Source: Escherichia coli
GTDB taxonomy: Bacteria; Pseudomonadota; Gammaproteobacteria; Enterobacterales; Enterobacteriaceae
Reading direction: 5' to 3' (one strand)
Assembly: GCF_046105845.1 (NCBI RefSeq)
Contig: NZ_CP151004.1
Length of the DNA: 64,000 nt
In this document: positions 61,202-64,000 of the stretch, one piece after another
Layout of the letters: every line of letters starts with the position of its first letter
Numbering within the stretch: position 1 is the first letter of the stretch
The notes under the pieces: generated by a model
What the model was told of the DNA's origin: nothing
The model's database searches: none
What the model saw: only the letters and a program-made list of their open reading frames with translations
Program-made: the position numbers and the translations under genes

Positions 61202-61305
61202 GGTGAATGATGCGCTGGCCTGCAAAATTGCATCATTTTTGCAGGCCAGATAAACCGTTAACACCGCATCCGGTATCAACAAAACATACTTTCTCATTAA
61301 GCGGT

Positions 61306-61332
61306 GGGGCGTGATTATCATGCCCCTTTTTT
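61306..61332 (+). terminator. Rho-independent terminator of lnt, abutting the stop codon of the convergent rhomboid gene
   Basis: GGGGC-gtgattatcat-GCCCC followed by TTTTTT; ends 1 nt before the minus-strand stop at 61334. Confidence 0.65.
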
Positions 61333-61333
61333 C

Positions 61334-63211
61334 TTACGGTTCAGGGATACAAGCCACATTGCCATATTGGGGATGACGAATAATTGCCTGCGGATCAAGC
61401 GAGCGCGTCCTGTCCAGTTGGATTAACCCGTTCTTCGCCATAACAAATATTTTTCTACCATCCGCTGAAAAACGAAGGTGATTAACGTAGCTGGCAGGAT
61501 AAACGCCAATAATCTGCCCGGCATTAATATTGAGCTGGATGACATAACCTTGCAGGCCATATGACACCAACGCTAAATATTGACCGTCCGGGCTAATACC
61601 CTCAACGGAATAAACGCTCCTGCTACACCATTGCGTCATAATACTGGCTTGTTGATCCTCAGCTCTTATACGTGAAATCCCCTGGCTATCGGCAAAAATA
61701 ATCTCTCCATTTTTTGGTCGGAATCCCATCGCAGAAACGACACCACGCGCATCACCTGCGGGAAAGTCTTCTTTCTGATGCGTGATGGTATTGATGCGTA
61801 CAATGTCACCTCTGACCATACCGGGTATCAACAATGTTTTTTCATCCGGGGAAAGTGCCATAACCCAGGCACCAGGTTTATTACTCGTCCCCGTCCCGTC
61901 GTATTTCTCCAGCGGGATATCCGCCACATGCTGATAAGTCACCAGATCAATGGCTGACACACTATTACTGGTGCGATTCATCACCCAAGCTTTTGTGCCA
62001 TCACGCGAGAGGATAAGACTGTCAGGATGTGCACCGGTGGTAATCGACTGAATAATCTCCCCCGTCGCCACGTTAATGACCGATAACGCATTCGCTTCAA
62101 ATGAAGTCGCATAAAGCAACGTTTCATCCGGGCTTAGCGCCAGCGATCTGACGCCCTGATCTTTACAGCCACCACAATGTTTGACTGACTTTTCTTTCGC
62201 TATGGGGGCTGTAAAGGTATGCAGGATTTTCTTTTGTCCGAGGTCGAAAACAACAATGCTGTTGGTGTTTTCAATTGCGGCATACAACGTATTACCATCC
62301 CGACTGATCGCCATATCATGGATATCGGAAATCTCAGCGAGCAAATCACCACTGGCCTGTTCACGACTTACCGGAGCGGATAATGTTTCCCTGAGGGCGT
62401 TGCGTTCCTCCGCTAACTGCTGCTTTTTTTGCCGTCGCTCTTGTTCAATCTCCTGTGGATAAAACTCTTCACGCAGGCTTTGCCTGACTTGTAAAACTGA
62501 CTCACCCATCTGCTGCTGCGCAAGCCAGATAGCCCCGGTCAGAAGAAGACTACCCGCAACAATAATCCCGCCTTCCGTAACAAGCCGGTTTTGCCCATAT
62601 AAACGCGCACTCAGCCCCCCCATCGCGCCACCCGCAATCAGGCCGCCAATGTGGCAAGCGTTATCTATTCCTGTTTGCCGGGCACCGTACAACAGTGTCA
62701 GCGCCACCATACCCAGCAGAGGAAATACTCGCCGCTGGTTTTTATGGTGTGTGCCCGCACCTGAAGCAAGCTGTGTTGCTATCGCAGCGCCAGCTATTCC
62801 CATAATCGCCCCGGATGCCCCAACGCTGATGACTATCTGCTCACTTTCGCGTAACGCATAACAGGCACTGATTAGCCCACCAAAGACGCCGGAGAATAAC
62901 CAGATAATCAGAAGTCGCCATTTCCCCAGTATCCGCTCCGCCACTGCCCCCACCACCAGAAGTGCAAACATATTCATCAGCAAATGGGGAAAACTACTGT
63001 GCAGAAAGACACTGCTCAATAAGCGCCAGGATTCGCCCGACAACGTGAGAGAAGTAACGTTAGCACCGAGATGGATGAGTGCGGATTGATCGACTTCTTC
63101 ATAACTCATCCATTGTGCGAGGTAACAAAATATCCCAACACAGAGCGCAAAAAGGATAAGGGTTATTGCGGGTAATTGAACATTTAACGGCTTAACCGAA
63201 GATGCAGACAT
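61334..63211 (-). CDS. Rhomboid-family intramembrane serine protease fused to a C-terminal seven-bladed YVTN/YncE-like beta-propeller domain (625 aa)
   Basis: N-terminal part: seven hydrophobic segments, L1-loop WR (res 62-63), TM2 H-x4-H-x3-N (HSSFPHLLMN), TM4 GASGA (Ser133) and TM6 ACHIGGLIAG (His187), i.e. a complete rhomboid catalytic signature. C-terminal part (res ~300-625): seven repeats of the form SxDGxxLYV.N..SNsVSVID. RBS AAGGAAGAAA upstream. Family assignment by eye. Confidence 0.85.
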   Translation of the reverse strand: MSASSVKPLNVQLPAITLILFALCVGIFCYLAQWMSYEEVDQSALIHLGANVTSLTLSGESWRLLSSVFLHSSFPHLLMNMFALLVVGAVAERILGKWRLLIIWLFSGVFGGLISACYALRESEQIVISVGASGAIMGIAGAAIATQLASGAGTHHKNQRRVFPLLGMVALTLLYGARQTGIDNACHIGGLIAGGAMGGLSARLYGQNRLVTEGGIIVAGSLLLTGAIWLAQQQMGESVLQVRQSLREEFYPQEIEQERRQKKQQLAEERNALRETLSAPVSREQASGDLLAEISDIHDMAISRDGNTLYAAIENTNSIVVFDLGQKKILHTFTAPIAKEKSVKHCGGCKDQGVRSLALSPDETLLYATSFEANALSVINVATGEIIQSITTGAHPDSLILSRDGTKAWVMNRTSNSVSAIDLVTYQHVADIPLEKYDGTGTSNKPGAWVMALSPDEKTLLIPGMVRGDIVRINTITHQKEDFPAGDARGVVSAMGFRPKNGEIIFADSQGISRIRAEDQQASIMTQWCSRSVYSVEGISPDGQYLALVSYGLQGYVIQLNINAGQIIGVYPASYVNHLRFSADGRKIFVMAKNGLIQLDRTRSLDPQAIIRHPQYGNVACIPEP

Positions 63212-63368
63212 AAGGTGTTTCTTCCTTGAAAAGACAGGTAAAAAGCATTTTTCCCGTGTGCAGTTATCATCCCGGCAAACGTCCCATGCCGAAAAGATAA
63301 CTCTGTCCGAAATATGACTTTTTCAGCCTAAAATTACAATCGTAATTAATTCATCCCTAAGTATTTTT

Positions 63369-63384
63369 TGGCATGTAAGTTGCT
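63369..63384 (+). promoter_or_regulatory. Candidate sigma54 promoter upstream of gltI
   Basis: TGGCATGTAAGTTGCT: the GG and GC dinucleotides are spaced exactly as in the -24/-12 consensus TGGCAC-N5-TTGCW. Confidence 0.5.
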
Positions 63385-63665
63385 TTATTTACTGTGTAAG
63401 CAATGAAATCAGCCGCGACGCAACCGGGTTGCACCACCACAAATCAGCGGTAGCACCAAAAAGGTGCAGTTTAAGAATTTTGCTTCGGAATGGTGCGGCG
63501 CAACTCGCAAAAACAAACAATAAAACAGCAATATCTTTACATTTAGCCAAACTAAATGTTACCTAACAGGCACAACACTGCACAATAAAGTTGCAGACGA
63601 TAACAACACAAACACTCACAACGGGTATCCATGCGTTCTTAACGCAGAAGATAAAGGAGTTGGAT

Positions 63666-64000
63666 ATGCAATTACGTAAACCTGCCACAGCAATCCTGGC
63701 CCTGGCGCTTTCCGCAGGACTGGCACAGGCAGATGACGCCGCCCCGGCAGCGGGCAGTACGCTGGACAAAATCGCCAAAAACGGTGTGATTGTCGTCGGT
63801 CACCGTGAATCTTCAGTACCTTTCTCTTATTACGACAATCAGCAAAAAGTGGTGGGTTACTCGCAGGATTACTCCAACGCCATTGTTGAAGCAGTGAAAA
63901 AGAAACTCAACAAACCAGACTTGCAGGTGAAACTGATTCCGATCACCTCACAAAACCGTATTCCACTGCTGCAAAACGGCACTTTCGATTTTGAATGTGG
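63666..64000 (+). CDS. gltI: Glutamate/aspartate ABC transporter periplasmic binding protein, 3'-truncated by the window edge
   Basis: ATG at 63666 with AGGAG RBS; MQLRKPATAILALALSAGLAQADDAAPAAGSTLDKIAKNGVIVVGHRESSVPFSYYDNQQKVVGYSQDYSNAIVEAVKKKL...; signal peptide present. Confidence 0.92.
   Translation, partial: MQLRKPATAILALALSAGLAQADDAAPAAGSTLDKIAKNGVIVVGHRESSVPFSYYDNQQKVVGYSQDYSNAIVEAVKKKLNKPDLQVKLIPITSQNRIPLLQNGTFDFEC

Overview
This window reads as an Escherichia coli-type core chromosome segment, in reverse orientation relative to the K-12 map, running from the TCA-cycle cluster (sucDCBA, sdhBADC, gltA) through to lnt and the 5' end of gltI. All calls rest on reading the supplied six-frame translations and the DNA by eye; no searches or computations were run. 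In order the window carries: a cryptic chaperone-usher fimbrial operon (ybgDQPO), abrB, nei, pxpACB, ybgI, dtpD, phr-ybgA, ybfA, kdpFABCDE, pgm-seqA, ybfF, ybfE, fldA, uof-fur, chiPQ, glnS, nagE, nagBACD, asnB, a seven-gene tRNA operon (metT-leuW-glnU-glnW-metU-glnV-glnX), ubiF and miaB-ybeZ-ybeY-corC-lnt. No IS element, prophage or CRISPR array was seen. Against my recollection of K-12 gene order, three points differ: (1) a 625-aa gene between lnt and gltI encoding an apparently active rhomboid intramembrane serine protease fused to a C-terminal seven-bladed YVTN/YncE-like beta-propeller, which is the most interesting candidate in the window; (2) ybfA lies directly next to ybgA with no RhsC element, and kdpE directly next to pgm with no speF-potE block; (3) a LysR-family regulator gene sits beyond the sucD terminator at the left edge. 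Several regulatory sites (KdpE, NagC, CRP, sigma32, sigma54, Fur-like) and a few unexplained palindromes are also reported.
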